The notes under the pieces were generated by a model. It was not told the origin of the DNA, searched no databases, and saw only the letters and a list, made by a program, of their open reading frames with translations. A stretch of 64,000 nt of DNA. Origin: an uncultured Chloroflexia bacterium. Lineage in GTDB: Bacteria > Chloroflexota > Limnocylindria > Limnocylindrales > CSP1-4. The DNA lies in NCBI GenBank assembly GCA_963748625.1, contig CAVVJT010000004.1:64001-128000 (forward strand), given 5' to 3'. Shown piece after piece: positions 9,112-17,836 of this stretch (positions within the stretch are counted from its first letter, which is position 1; every line of letters begins with the position of its first letter). The position numbers and the translations under genes are program-made.

Positions 9112-9932
9112 GTGGCCTCCTTCCATGCGGCATCGACCGCACCGTCGATCTGCTCGTCCAGCTCAGCGCACGACGGCCCGGCCGCGAACCACGCCAGGAA
9201 CTCCCGGTTGCCCTCCGGGCCGAGGATGGGCGACGGGATGACGGCCCGCGTGCCGAGTCCCGCACCGCGCGCCCGCTGCGCAGTCTCACGCAGCACCCGC
9301 CGATGGACCTCCGGATCCCGGACGACGCCCCCCTTGGCATCGGCCCGGCCCGCCTCGAACTGCGGCTTCACGAGGGCGACGATCGACCCGGATCCGCCGC
9401 GCAGCGCGGATCGCACCGGTCCCAGCACCAGGCCCAGCGAGATGAAGGACACATCGATGACCGCGAGGTCCACGGGTTCCGGAAGCGTGTCGACGGCCAG
9501 CGTGCGCGCGTTGACGCGCTCCATGGACGTCACCCGCGCGTCGCGTCGCAGCTTCTCCGCCAGCTGGCCGTAGCCCACGTCCACCGCGTACACGTGCCGC
9601 GCACCCCTGGCCAGGAGCACCTCCGTGAAGCCGCCGGTGGAGGCGCCCACGTCCACGCAGGCAAGACCGTCCGGGTCGATACCGAAGGCATCGAGCGCCG
9701 CAAGGAGCTTGTGGGCGCCCCGGCTCACCCAGGCCCGCTCCTCGGCAACGGCGAGCACCGCGTCAGGCGCCACCATGTCACCGGCCTTGAGGTCACGCCG
9801 CGCCCCGTCGCCCTCGCCCACGCGCACCTTGCCCGCGAGAAGCAGGGCCTGGGCCCGTGAGCGCGTCCCGACCAGGCCGCGCTCCACGAGGAGCTGGTCA
9901 AGCCGGGTGCGCTTGGAGGTCGTCGGTGCCAT
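9108..9932 (-). CDS. tlyA: TlyA family rRNA 2'-O-methyltransferase
   Basis: RLDQLLVERGL S4 domain, VSRGAHKL, DVGASTGGFT, DVSFISL, LVKPQFE, GNREFL. Confidence 0.95.
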   Translation of the reverse strand: MAPTTSKRTRLDQLLVERGLVGTRSRAQALLLAGKVRVGEGDGARRDLKAGDMVAPDAVLAVAEERAWVSRGAHKLLAALDAFGIDPDGLACVDVGASTGGFTEVLLARGARHVYAVDVGYGQLAEKLRRDARVTSMERVNARTLAVDTLPEPVDLAVIDVSFISLGLVLGPVRSALRGGSGSIVALVKPQFEAGRADAKGGVVRDPEVHRRVLRETAQRARGAGLGTRAVIPSPILGPEGNREFLAWFAAGPSCAELDEQIDGAVDAAWKEAT

Positions 9933-9962
9933 ACCCCTATCGTGGCATACCCGGATCACCTG

Positions 9963-10508
9963 TCACACATCTGCACCACCCGCATCGCGGGGCACCGGGC
10001 CGTCGTCCAACCCCGCGGACAGCGTGTCCACGATCTCCCCAACCAGCCAGCCGAGGAAGTGGTACACGACCAGCGGCCAGGCGTCAGGGTCGTCGGGGTC
10101 GGGAGGGACCGGGACATCGTCGTCCCCGTCGATCACGCCCAGGCGCGCCGCGATCACGAGCCGCAGGTCGTTGGCCACGCCCAGCCAGGCCACCAGCTGC
10201 ATCTCGTCGAGCGTGTCCGCCTCAGCCGTCGCGCGGACGGTCGCCAGCTGCGCCCGGCGGCCGTCCTCGAGGTCCGGCCGGACCAGGGCCAGCAGCTCCG
10301 CATCGGCAACGGGGTCATCCGGACGCATCGACGGGTACAGCCGGGCGTACGCGGGATCGGCGGTGTCGACCCCATCGGCCGTTGCGGTGGCCAGCTCCTC
10401 GGCCAGCGCCGCGATCACCCGGCGCTCGGTGGAGCTGAGCTCGAGCCGGTAGCGGCCGCCGGCCACGCGCCGGACGGCGATGCGCCGCTCTTCCACCTCG
10501 CCGGTCAC
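9963..10508 (-). CDS. DUF2017-like protein
   Basis: DPAYARLYP...[18 protein letters not shown]...VYHFLGWL; GTGA overlap with clpS, as in actinobacterial clpS-DUF2017 pairs. Confidence 0.75.
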   Translation of the reverse strand: MTGEVEERRIAVRRVAGGRYRLELSSTERRVIAALAEELATATADGVDTADPAYARLYPSMRPDDPVADAELLALVRPDLEDGRRAQLATVRATAEADTLDEMQLVAWLGVANDLRLVIAARLGVIDGDDDVPVPPDPDDPDAWPLVVYHFLGWLVGEIVDTLSAGLDDGPVPRDAGGADV

Positions 10509-10804
10509 TCCTCGGCGATGGTCGCCCACAGCCCGTGGGCATGCAGGCGGGTCGCGTCGTACTCGCACCGCTCGAGCGCCCCGCTCGCGACCACCGCCCG
10601 GCCCTCCTGGTGGACCTGGAGCATGAGCTTCTGCGCGTGGACGTGGCTGTAGCCGAAGAGCTTGCGGAACACGTAGGTCACGTACGTCATGAGGTTGACC
10701 GGGTCGTTCCAGACGATCACGACCCAGCGGCGGGCGAGCTTGGGCGCGTTGTCCGCGACCTCGTGGACAATCGTTGCGCCACCTGGTTGCGCCTGGCCTG
10801 CCAT
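10505..10804 (-). CDS. clpS: ATP-dependent Clp protease adaptor ClpS
   Basis: [20 protein letters not shown]...[13 protein letters not shown]...[10 protein letters not shown]. Confidence 0.92.
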   Translation of the reverse strand: MAGQAQPGGATIVHEVADNAPKLARRWVVIVWNDPVNLMTYVTYVFRKLFGYSHVHAQKLMLQVHQEGRAVVASGALERCEYDATRLHAHGLWATIAEE

Positions 10805-10857
10805 CGCTGACGATCGTGCCACAGGACGGGCGGTGGCTGCGCCACCGAAGACGCAGC

Positions 10858-12975
10858 TCAGGAAGCGCGCGCCGGGGCCTCCACGCCGAGCAGGGCCAGT
10901 GCCTCGCGCACCTGGGCCGTCAGGCCGGGGACGTCGATCCGGATGAGCCGGCGGAGATCGGTGACGGATCCGTGATCCACGAACCGGTCACCCGGGATCC
11001 CGATGATCTTCACCGGCACGTCGCGGTAGGCCGGATCAGCCAGCCGGGCTTCCTCCATCGCCTCGAGGACGCCGCTACCGAAGCCTCCCGTGACCACGCT
11101 CTCCTCGAACGTGACCACCAGCCGCTTGCCACGCGCCTGGTCCAGGATCAGCTGCTTGTCGAGGGGCTTGGCGAAGCGGGCATTGATGATCCCGATCGAC
11201 CAGCCATCGGCCTCGAGGGCATCGGCGGCCTCGACGGCGCGCTGCACGATCGGCCCGAAGCCCACGAACAGGACGTCCCGGCCCTCGCGCAGGACCTCGC
11301 CCCGGCCGACCGGGAGCGCCTCCGGCTCACGTTCGGGCACCCCGAAGCCCGCGTCGCGCGGGTAGTGGATGGCGAAGGGATGGTCCTGGGCCAGGGCGGT
11401 CCGCAGCAGCGAGCGGACCTCCTGCTCGTCGCGCGGGCTCGCGATCACGAGGTTCGGCAGCATCCGCTGCGCCGGGATCGTGAACATGCCCTGGTGGCTG
11501 GTGCCGTCCTCGCCGACCAGGCCCGCCCGATCGACAGCGAGGATCACCGGCGCGTCGTTCTGGCAGACGTCGTGCACGGTCTGGTCGAATGCGCGCTGCA
11601 GGAACGTGGAGTAGAGGGCGACCACCGGCCGCATACCGGCCAGCGCAAGGCCGGTCGCCAGGGTCACGGCATGCTGCTCGGCGATGCCCACGTCGATGAA
11701 GCGGTCCGGGTACGCGGCCTGAAGCTTGTTCATGCCGGTGCCGGTGGGCATGCCCGCGGTGATGCCGACGATGCGCCGGTCATCCTTGGCCGCCCGGACA
11801 AGCTCCTCAGCGAGGTGCGCCGTGTAGTTGGGGTGCTTGCGGGTGTTCTGGGGGTCGATCTCTGACTTGGAGGCCGGGGCCGGCGGCGACTCCTCCGACG
11901 GGTGCAGCCCGTGCGAGCGGCGGTCGGCCATGACCGATGCCGACGGCGGCGCTCCCTCGTCCGCGCCACGCGATGGGACGAAGGACGCTCCACCGGCAGC
12001 CGAGGAGCCCATGCTGTCACCGTTGACCGCGCCGACGCGGTCATGGGTGTCGGTGGCGGGCACGGTCATCGGCGGCAGGGCGGCGCCGTGGAAGGAGATC
12101 TGGTCGGCCTCCGCCGGCTTGTAGCCCTTCCCCTTCTGGGTGCGGACGTGGACGATCACGGGACCGTCGAGCGCGAGCGCCCGGCGGAACGTCTCCTCCA
12201 GGAATGGACGGTCGTGGCCGGGCATGACACCGACGTACGTGATCCCCAGGTCCTCGAAGAGCTGACCCGGCTGGGCCAGCGAGGCGACGGACTGGCGGAA
12301 CCGGCGCGACATCTCCACGAGCCGCGGGCCCACCTTGGGGATGTGCTCCGTGGCGGTGTCGTACGCGCCGCGTCCCTGCTGCCAGGCCTGGGAGAGCTTG
12401 ATCTCGGAGAGGTACTTGGACAGCGCCCCAACCGACGGGCTGATCGACATCTCGTTGTCGTTGAGGACGATCAGCAGCTGGGTCTGGCGGTGGCCGATGT
12501 CGTTCATCGCCTCCAGCGAGAGCCCCGACAGGAGGGCTGCGTCCCCGACCACCACGGCGATCCGCTCCATGGTGTGGCGCATGTCACGTGCGGTTGCGAG
12601 ACCCTGGGCAATGGAGAGGCCGGTTCCCGCGTGGCCCCCGTCCATCACGTCGTGCGCGGACTCGCTCCTGCGCGGGAACCCTCCCAGGCCGTCGATCTGG
12701 CGCAGCGTGGGGAACCGCCCAAGGCGTCCCGTGAGCAGCTTGTGGGCGTACGCCTGGTGCCCGGTGTCCCACACGATCCTGTCGCGGGGCGACTCCAGCA
12801 CACGATGCAGAGCCATCGTCACCTCGACGACGCCAAGCGAGGAGCCGAGGTGTCCACCGGTCACCGCGACCGTACGGATGATCGTCTCGCGGATCTCCGC
12901 GGCCAGCTGGTCCAGCTCGGGATCGGTCAGACCACGCAGTTCGGCGGGATCCTGCAGATGGTCGAGGATCGGCAC
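10858..12975 (-). CDS. dxs: 1-deoxy-D-xylulose-5-phosphate synthase
   Basis: [35 protein letters not shown] motif, [24 protein letters not shown]. Confidence 0.97.
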   Translation of the reverse strand: MPILDHLQDPAELRGLTDPELDQLAAEIRETIIRTVAVTGGHLGSSLGVVEVTMALHRVLESPRDRIVWDTGHQAYAHKLLTGRLGRFPTLRQIDGLGGFPRRSESAHDVMDGGHAGTGLSIAQGLATARDMRHTMERIAVVVGDAALLSGLSLEAMNDIGHRQTQLLIVLNDNEMSISPSVGALSKYLSEIKLSQAWQQGRGAYDTATEHIPKVGPRLVEMSRRFRQSVASLAQPGQLFEDLGITYVGVMPGHDRPFLEETFRRALALDGPVIVHVRTQKGKGYKPAEADQISFHGAALPPMTVPATDTHDRVGAVNGDSMGSSAAGGASFVPSRGADEGAPPSASVMADRRSHGLHPSEESPPAPASKSEIDPQNTRKHPNYTAHLAEELVRAAKDDRRIVGITAGMPTGTGMNKLQAAYPDRFIDVGIAEQHAVTLATGLALAGMRPVVALYSTFLQRAFDQTVHDVCQNDAPVILAVDRAGLVGEDGTSHQGMFTIPAQRMLPNLVIASPRDEQEVRSLLRTALAQDHPFAIHYPRDAGFGVPEREPEALPVGRGEVLREGRDVLFVGFGPIVQRAVEAADALEADGWSIGIINARFAKPLDKQLILDQARGKRLVVTFEESVVTGGFGSGVLEAMEEARLADPAYRDVPVKIIGIPGDRFVDHGSVTDLRRLIRIDVPGLTAQVREALALLGVEAPARAS

Positions 12976-13114
12976 GGGGCTCGGGCTCCTGTCGTTCGGC
13001 CGGGAGGCCCGTCAGCCGGACGGCTACTCCCCGCGGTGATGCTTCTCCCGATCCTTCGCTGGTGAGCCGCAGGCGGATCGGTCCGGCCACGGTGCCGGTG
13101 AAATGTGATAGCCG

Positions 13115-13137
13115 ATCGTAGCAGGATGGACCCTGCT
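13115..13137 (-). promoter_or_regulatory. Putative extended -10 promoter of dxs (TGC-TACGAT) overlapped by the inverted repeat AGCAGG-N6-CCTGCT
   Basis: Read directly from the sequence; implies a leader of about 130 nt. Confidence 0.4.
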
Positions 13138-13180
13138 GACGCCGTGGCGCGACAGCCGCCGACGCCCTCAAGCGGCACCC

Positions 13181-13456
13181 CTACTCCGCCTCGGCCTCAT
13201 CTGCACGGACGTCCTTGACGGCCATCCCACCACCCGCGCGCGGCATCAGCTGCTGGACGCGGAGCTCCGCTTCGGCCAGGAGACGCTCACACCGGCGCTG
13301 GAGTGCGACGGCGCGCTCGTACAGCGCGATGGTGGCCTCCAGGCTCTCGCCACCGGTCTCGAGCCGGGCCACCGCCCGCCCGAGCTCGGCGAAGGCGTCG
13401 TCGTAGGCGAGTGCCTCCACGTCCGCGTTCGCGCCCGGCTCCGTCTGATCCGTCAC
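13181..13456 (-). CDS. xseB: Exodeoxyribonuclease VII small subunit
   Basis: YDDAFAELGRAVARLETG..SLEATIALYERAVALQRRCERLLAEAELRVQQL. Confidence 0.92.
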   Translation of the reverse strand: MTDQTEPGANADVEALAYDDAFAELGRAVARLETGGESLEATIALYERAVALQRRCERLLAEAELRVQQLMPRAGGGMAVKDVRADEAEAE

Positions 13457-13638
13457 GCCTGGTCATCCTCCGCTGGTCCTGCCACCGGCACCTCCGGGGT
13501 GGCGTCGGAGGGCTTCGGGCGCGCCGTCATACGCCGGTCGATCCGGCCCGCAACAAGGATACCCAGCACCAGCCCGACAGCCACGATCACGGCCACGAGT
13601 GACAGGAACAGGAACGCGTAACCGATCTTGTCAGCCAT
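13453..13638 (-). CDS. Small single-TM membrane protein (61 aa)
   Basis: MADKIGYAFLFLSLVAVIVAVGLVLGILVAGRIDRR...; start overlaps the xseA stop and stop overlaps the xseB start. Confidence 0.7.
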   Translation of the reverse strand: MADKIGYAFLFLSLVAVIVAVGLVLGILVAGRIDRRMTARPKPSDATPEVPVAGPAEDDQA

Positions 13639-15082
13639 GGAGCGGGCCATCGCTGGTTGCGGCGAGGGTGCCGCCAGCCAGCGCGATCCGCAGCGCCGTG
13701 CCCGCAGGCGCCTTGTCGGGCTCGCGCAGGATCGCGTCATCAACGCTCGAGCGCACGATCGCATAGCCCCGCTCGAGCGTCGCCGCAGGCCCAAGCGCGG
13801 CGAGCGACGCGGCGACCGTCTGGAGTCCACCGCGCTCTGCATCGAGGCGCGACGTGACAGCGACCGGCGCCCGACCACCCAGCCGGTCAAGGACCCGGGC
13901 GTCTCCGCCGAGCCGGTCGGCCACGGCCCGGGCGGCACGGTCAAGGAGGAGTCCGGCGCGCTCGCGCGATGCGGCCAGCTGGGACCTGGGCTCCAGCATG
14001 GTGAGGGCCCGGCGCTCGGCGTCGAGTTCACGCCGGAGGGTCTCCGTGCAGCGCCGGGTGGCGGCGTCGGCGCGCTGGCCGGCGACGCGGACGGCGGCCA
14101 GCACCTCGATCCGGTCCGGCACCACGAGCTCGGCGGCCGCGGACGGGGTGGGCGCGCGCACATCGGCGGCGAAGTCGGCAAGGGTCACGTCCACTTCGTG
14201 GCCCACACCGCAGACCACCGGCACGCGATGGGCCACGACCGCCCGCACCACCCGCTCGTCATTGAAGGACCAGAGGTCCTCCATCGACCCTCCGCCACGG
14301 GCGAGGATCGTGACCGCGGGCGCATCGGCCGCGCGGCCGGCGGCGTGCTCCTCGTCGATCCAGCGGCCGAGCGCGTCAAGCGCCCTGGCGATGGACCCCG
14401 GAGCACCCTCGCCCTGGACCTTGCACGCGACGAGCACCACGCGCGCCAGTGGCCAGCGCCGCGCCAGGACCGTGACGACGTCGTGCCAGACCGCCCCCGT
14501 GGGCGAGGTGACCACCGCGATCACGCGCGGCCTGACCGGCAGCGGGCGCTTGCGGGCCGTGTCGAACAGGCCCTCGGCCGCTAGGCGGGCCTTGAGCTCC
14601 TCGAAGCGCACGGCCAGGTTCCCCACGCCGGAAGGCTGGAGCGACGTCACGTAGACCTGGAGGGCGCCCTGCGGCTCGAAGAGGTCGATGCGCCCGTTGA
14701 CGACCACCTGGTGGCCTGCGGTCGGCTGGAAGGGCGAGCGGATGCGGTCGTCGCGGAACCACACGCACTGGAGCGCGGCGCGCGCGTCCTTGAGCGTGAA
14801 GTACGCATGGCCCGCGGTGGAGACCGTCACCCGCCCCACCTCGCCCTCAACCCAGAGGTCACGCAGGCCCTCGTCCGAGCGGACGCGGTCCTTGATGGCC
14901 TTGCTGACCTCGGACACGCTGCGCACACGCAGGCCGAACGTGCCCGCGGGCCCAGGTGCGGGCGTGGACGCGGACGCAGACGCGGACGCGGACGGACCAC
15001 GGACGGGGACCTCGTCGGGATCGTCGGGCAGGCTGTCCCACGCCGGAAGGAGCCAGTCCGGCGGCTCGGGCAGCGGACTCAT
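13631..15082 (-). CDS. xseA: Exodeoxyribonuclease VII large subunit
   Basis: WVEGEV..GHAYFTLKD, VTSPTGAVWHD, VQGEGA, ARGGGSMEDLWSFNDE, GVGHEVD, RAPTPSAAAE, TLERGYA. Confidence 0.96.
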   Translation of the reverse strand: MSPLPEPPDWLLPAWDSLPDDPDEVPVRGPSASASASASTPAPGPAGTFGLRVRSVSEVSKAIKDRVRSDEGLRDLWVEGEVGRVTVSTAGHAYFTLKDARAALQCVWFRDDRIRSPFQPTAGHQVVVNGRIDLFEPQGALQVYVTSLQPSGVGNLAVRFEELKARLAAEGLFDTARKRPLPVRPRVIAVVTSPTGAVWHDVVTVLARRWPLARVVLVACKVQGEGAPGSIARALDALGRWIDEEHAAGRAADAPAVTILARGGGSMEDLWSFNDERVVRAVVAHRVPVVCGVGHEVDVTLADFAADVRAPTPSAAAELVVPDRIEVLAAVRVAGQRADAATRRCTETLRRELDAERRALTMLEPRSQLAASRERAGLLLDRAARAVADRLGGDARVLDRLGGRAPVAVTSRLDAERGGLQTVAASLAALGPAATLERGYAIVRSSVDDAILREPDKAPAGTALRIALAGGTLAATSDGPLHG

Positions 15083-15118
15083 GCTCGCAGCCGGCCGCCG
15101 GGCGTCACGCAGGCGGCC

Positions 15119-15676
15119 TCAGAGCCGGGTCTGGTACTCGCCGGTCCGGGTGTCGATCCGCAGCGTGTCGCCCTCGTTGACGAACAGCGGCACCGTCACG
15201 ACCAGGCCGGTCTCCAGCGTGGCGTTCTTGCGGGCGCCCTGGGCCGTGTCGCCCGCAAAGCCGGGCTCGGCCTCGACGACCAGCAGATCAACGGTCACCG
15301 GCAGCTCCACGCCGAGCGTCTCGCCCTGGTAGGTGGTCCGGTCGAGCGTCATGCCCTCCTTGAGGAAGCCGATGACGTCGTCGAGCTTCTCGGCCGGGAG
15401 GCTGAACTGCTCGTAGGACTCGGTCTCCATGAAGTGGAGGTCGTCGCCGTCCCGGTACAGGAACTGCACGGGGCGCCGCTCCAGGTTGGCGCGCGGCCAG
15501 CGTTCACCGGCCTGGAAGGACTTCTCGACCGTGGAGCCCTTCTTGACATTCTTGAGCTTGATGCGGACCTGGGCGGATCCGCGGCCCATCTTGATGTGGT
15601 GGTAGTCGAGGATCTGCCAGATGTCGCCATCGAGCTCGATGACGACGCCTTTGCGCAGCTCGCCGGTGCTGATCAT
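15119..15676 (-). CDS. efp: Translation elongation factor P
   Basis: HIKMGRGSAQVRIKLKN, QFLYRDG, PGFAGDTA..KNATLETG..VPLFVNEGD..IDTRTGEY. Confidence 0.96.
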   Translation of the reverse strand: MISTGELRKGVVIELDGDIWQILDYHHIKMGRGSAQVRIKLKNVKKGSTVEKSFQAGERWPRANLERRPVQFLYRDGDDLHFMETESYEQFSLPAEKLDDVIGFLKEGMTLDRTTYQGETLGVELPVTVDLLVVEAEPGFAGDTAQGARKNATLETGLVVTVPLFVNEGDTLRIDTRTGEYQTRL

Positions 15677-15815
15677 GCGGTGGTTGCTCCGGTGGCGCGT
15701 CGGCGCGATCGGGAGGCGCTCTGGGCTCCCTGCGCTCGGACGGTGTGGGTGTTCCGGGCGATGCTACCAGAGGCGGTCTGCGACACCCCGTGCCCAGTCC
15801 CTGGATCCGACCTGA

Positions 15816-16973
15816 TCAGTCCATCAGCTCCCGGCGCGACCAGCCATCGCCCCGGTTGTTGGAGTAGTAGATGCCGGGATCCCCGGCCATGCGCATGTAG
15901 GCGAGGTGGACGACGCCCGACGGACCCATCCCGGTGCTCGGATACATCGCCCATTCGCGCACGATCGTGCTCCGCGTCCACGTGCCGGACGCGTTGGTGG
16001 CCATGTAGATGCCCCGCCGGTCGTCGTCGTCGACGCGCGTGTAGACGATCCAGATCGCGCCTGTCCTCGAGCGCTCGATGTTGCCCCAGCGACCCTCCGG
16101 GGCCACCCGCCGCGTGACCCACGAGCCCGAGGAGTTCGTCACGTAGAAGGTGCCGAGCGGGAGATCGGGCTGGGCCTGGGAGTTGTACTCGCGTCCGAAG
16201 GCGACGTGGACCTTGCCCGCCGGGTCGACGACCAGCCCCATGGCGTGGTCCTCCGAGTCCGTCGAGATCAACTCCGTCACCCATGTGCCGGAGGCGTTGG
16301 TCTGGTACTGGATCCCCGCCTTGTCGCACACACCCGGCACCGTCTCGTGGCACTCCTCGAACAGGAGGTGGACCGAGCCGCCGGGCCCAAGGGCGATCTC
16401 GGCGTGGTTGCCCAGGCCGGTGTCGAGGCGCCGCCGTACCCACGTGCCGCTCTCGTTCGTCGCGTACCAGCTCTTCTCGTCCGTGTCCCACGCGATGTGG
16501 AGATTGCGATCGCCGTCCACGACGACCCGGATCTTGTAGGCATCGTCATGGACAACCGGCAGCTTCGTGCGGACCCATTCGCCGGACCGGTTCGTCAGGA
16601 GGTGGTGATTGACATCGTCCCCCACCTCTCGCTCGAACACGATGTAGACCTTCTGGTTGGCGTCGACTGCGATGGCGTGCGGGGTGTCCTTCGACGTCGT
16701 GAGGCGGCGGCGTGTCCACGTCTCGGTCTTGTTGGTGGCGTACACGATGCCGGGCGACCCGGCGTGCCGGTACACGACGTGGGTCTCGTTGAGCCTGTCG
16801 GTGACCAGGTAGGGCTGGATCGGATCGCACGCGCAGGTGTCGGCCGCAGCGGGCACAGGCACGGCGAGCGCCCCGAGGAGCAGCGCTGCCAGGAGCGCGA
16901 GCAGGCGGACTGGTGAGCGACCCCTGGTCACGGGCGACCTCCACACATGCTGGACGCGGTTGGAGCCTACCAT
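15816..16973 (-). CDS. Secreted repeat protein, probable beta-propeller (start uncertain)
   Basis: Signal-like LLALLAALLLGALAVPVPAAA; seven repeats of the type Y-x-T-N-x-S-G-x-W. Confidence 0.75.
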   Translation of the reverse strand: MVGSNRVQHVWRSPVTRGRSPVRLLALLAALLLGALAVPVPAAADTCACDPIQPYLVTDRLNETHVVYRHAGSPGIVYATNKTETWTRRRLTTSKDTPHAIAVDANQKVYIVFEREVGDDVNHHLLTNRSGEWVRTKLPVVHDDAYKIRVVVDGDRNLHIAWDTDEKSWYATNESGTWVRRRLDTGLGNHAEIALGPGGSVHLLFEECHETVPGVCDKAGIQYQTNASGTWVTELISTDSEDHAMGLVVDPAGKVHVAFGREYNSQAQPDLPLGTFYVTNSSGSWVTRRVAPEGRWGNIERSRTGAIWIVYTRVDDDDRRGIYMATNASGTWTRSTIVREWAMYPSTGMGPSGVVHLAYMRMAGDPGIYYSNNRGDGWSRRELMD

Positions 16974-16995
16974 GCGGGCTGCACCGGTCCGGGCG

Positions 16996-17235
16996 TCAGT
17001 CCGTGGCCTCGTCGATGGAGCGCATCCGGACCTGGTACTCGGCGGGGCTGATCTCGCCCGCGGCCATCCGGCGGCCCAGCTCCGCCCGCGCAACCTCCTC
17101 CGGCGAGGGCCGCGAACGCCGGATCGCCCAGACGATGACACCGACGATCAGCACCGTGGTGCCGACGGTCACGGCGAGCGAGCCGACCACGCTCAGGATG
17201 GTGATCCAGAAGACCCAGTCGAGATTGACGTCCAC
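16996..17235 (-). CDS. Small membrane protein with a SHOCT-like C-terminus
   Basis: Long hydrophobic stretch, then PEEVARAELGRRMAAGEISPAEY; GTG 17235 is preceded by TATCGT at 7 nt. Confidence 0.7.
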   Translation of the reverse strand: MDVNLDWVFWITILSVVGSLAVTVGTTVLIVGVIVWAIRRSRPSPEEVARAELGRRMAAGEISPAEYQVRMRSIDEATD

Positions 17236-17316
17236 GGATGGGACGATAGCGGTCACGTCAAGGCCGTGGCGGAGACGGGCCACCTTCGGTCACGGGGTTC
17301 CGGTCAGGGCGTCCGG

Positions 17317-17832
17317 TCAGGGCAGGCCGCCACTCCAGCTGGTGCCGCCGCTGATCACCGCTCCGTCAGCGAAGGTCAACTCCACATCGGCCTCCCCTGC
17401 CGTCTCCGTGCATGGGACCGCCGTGCATGTCACCTTGACCCCGACGATCCGCTTGGACGGTGGGGCCTGGTCGACCTGCTGATCGGCCAGGGCCTGGCAC
17501 TCCGCGAGCCCGAGCTTCACGCAGGCAGGGCGCGGCACGGGCGCCGGATCCCCGGCGTAGGTGAACGCGTCGATCACCTTGGCTCCATCGCGCAGCGTCA
17601 CGACCGCCGTGCCCGATCCACCCTTGCGGTCGCATACGGGGACCCCGCACGACACTTCCACGTTCGTGGCGCCGGGATGCCGGGCACCGGCAAGGTCGAT
17701 CTGCTCGCTGCAGACGCCACCGGGCACATCGGCACACGAACCGCCCAGGCCGGAGCTCGTGCTGACGAGGGCACAACCCGCGAGGGCGACGGATGCCACG
17801 AACAGCGCGACCCGGAGCCCCCACCCGGTCAT
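17317..17832 (-). CDS. Cys-rich putative lipoprotein with two internal repeats
   Basis: Lipobox LAGC in MTGWGLRVALFVASVALAGC; two C-x7-C...C-x4-C modules. Confidence 0.7.
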   Translation of the reverse strand: MTGWGLRVALFVASVALAGCALVSTSSGLGGSCADVPGGVCSEQIDLAGARHPGATNVEVSCGVPVCDRKGGSGTAVVTLRDGAKVIDAFTYAGDPAPVPRPACVKLGLAECQALADQQVDQAPPSKRIVGVKVTCTAVPCTETAGEADVELTFADGAVISGGTSWSGGLP

Positions 17833-17836
17833 CCGC

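Noticed and set aside
12976-13183. TPP riboswitch upstream of dxs (GGGGTGC and CCAGCGAAGG fragments)
   Set aside because: The essential CUGAGA and CCUGAU..UAA elements are missing, and a likely promoter lies between the two fragments.
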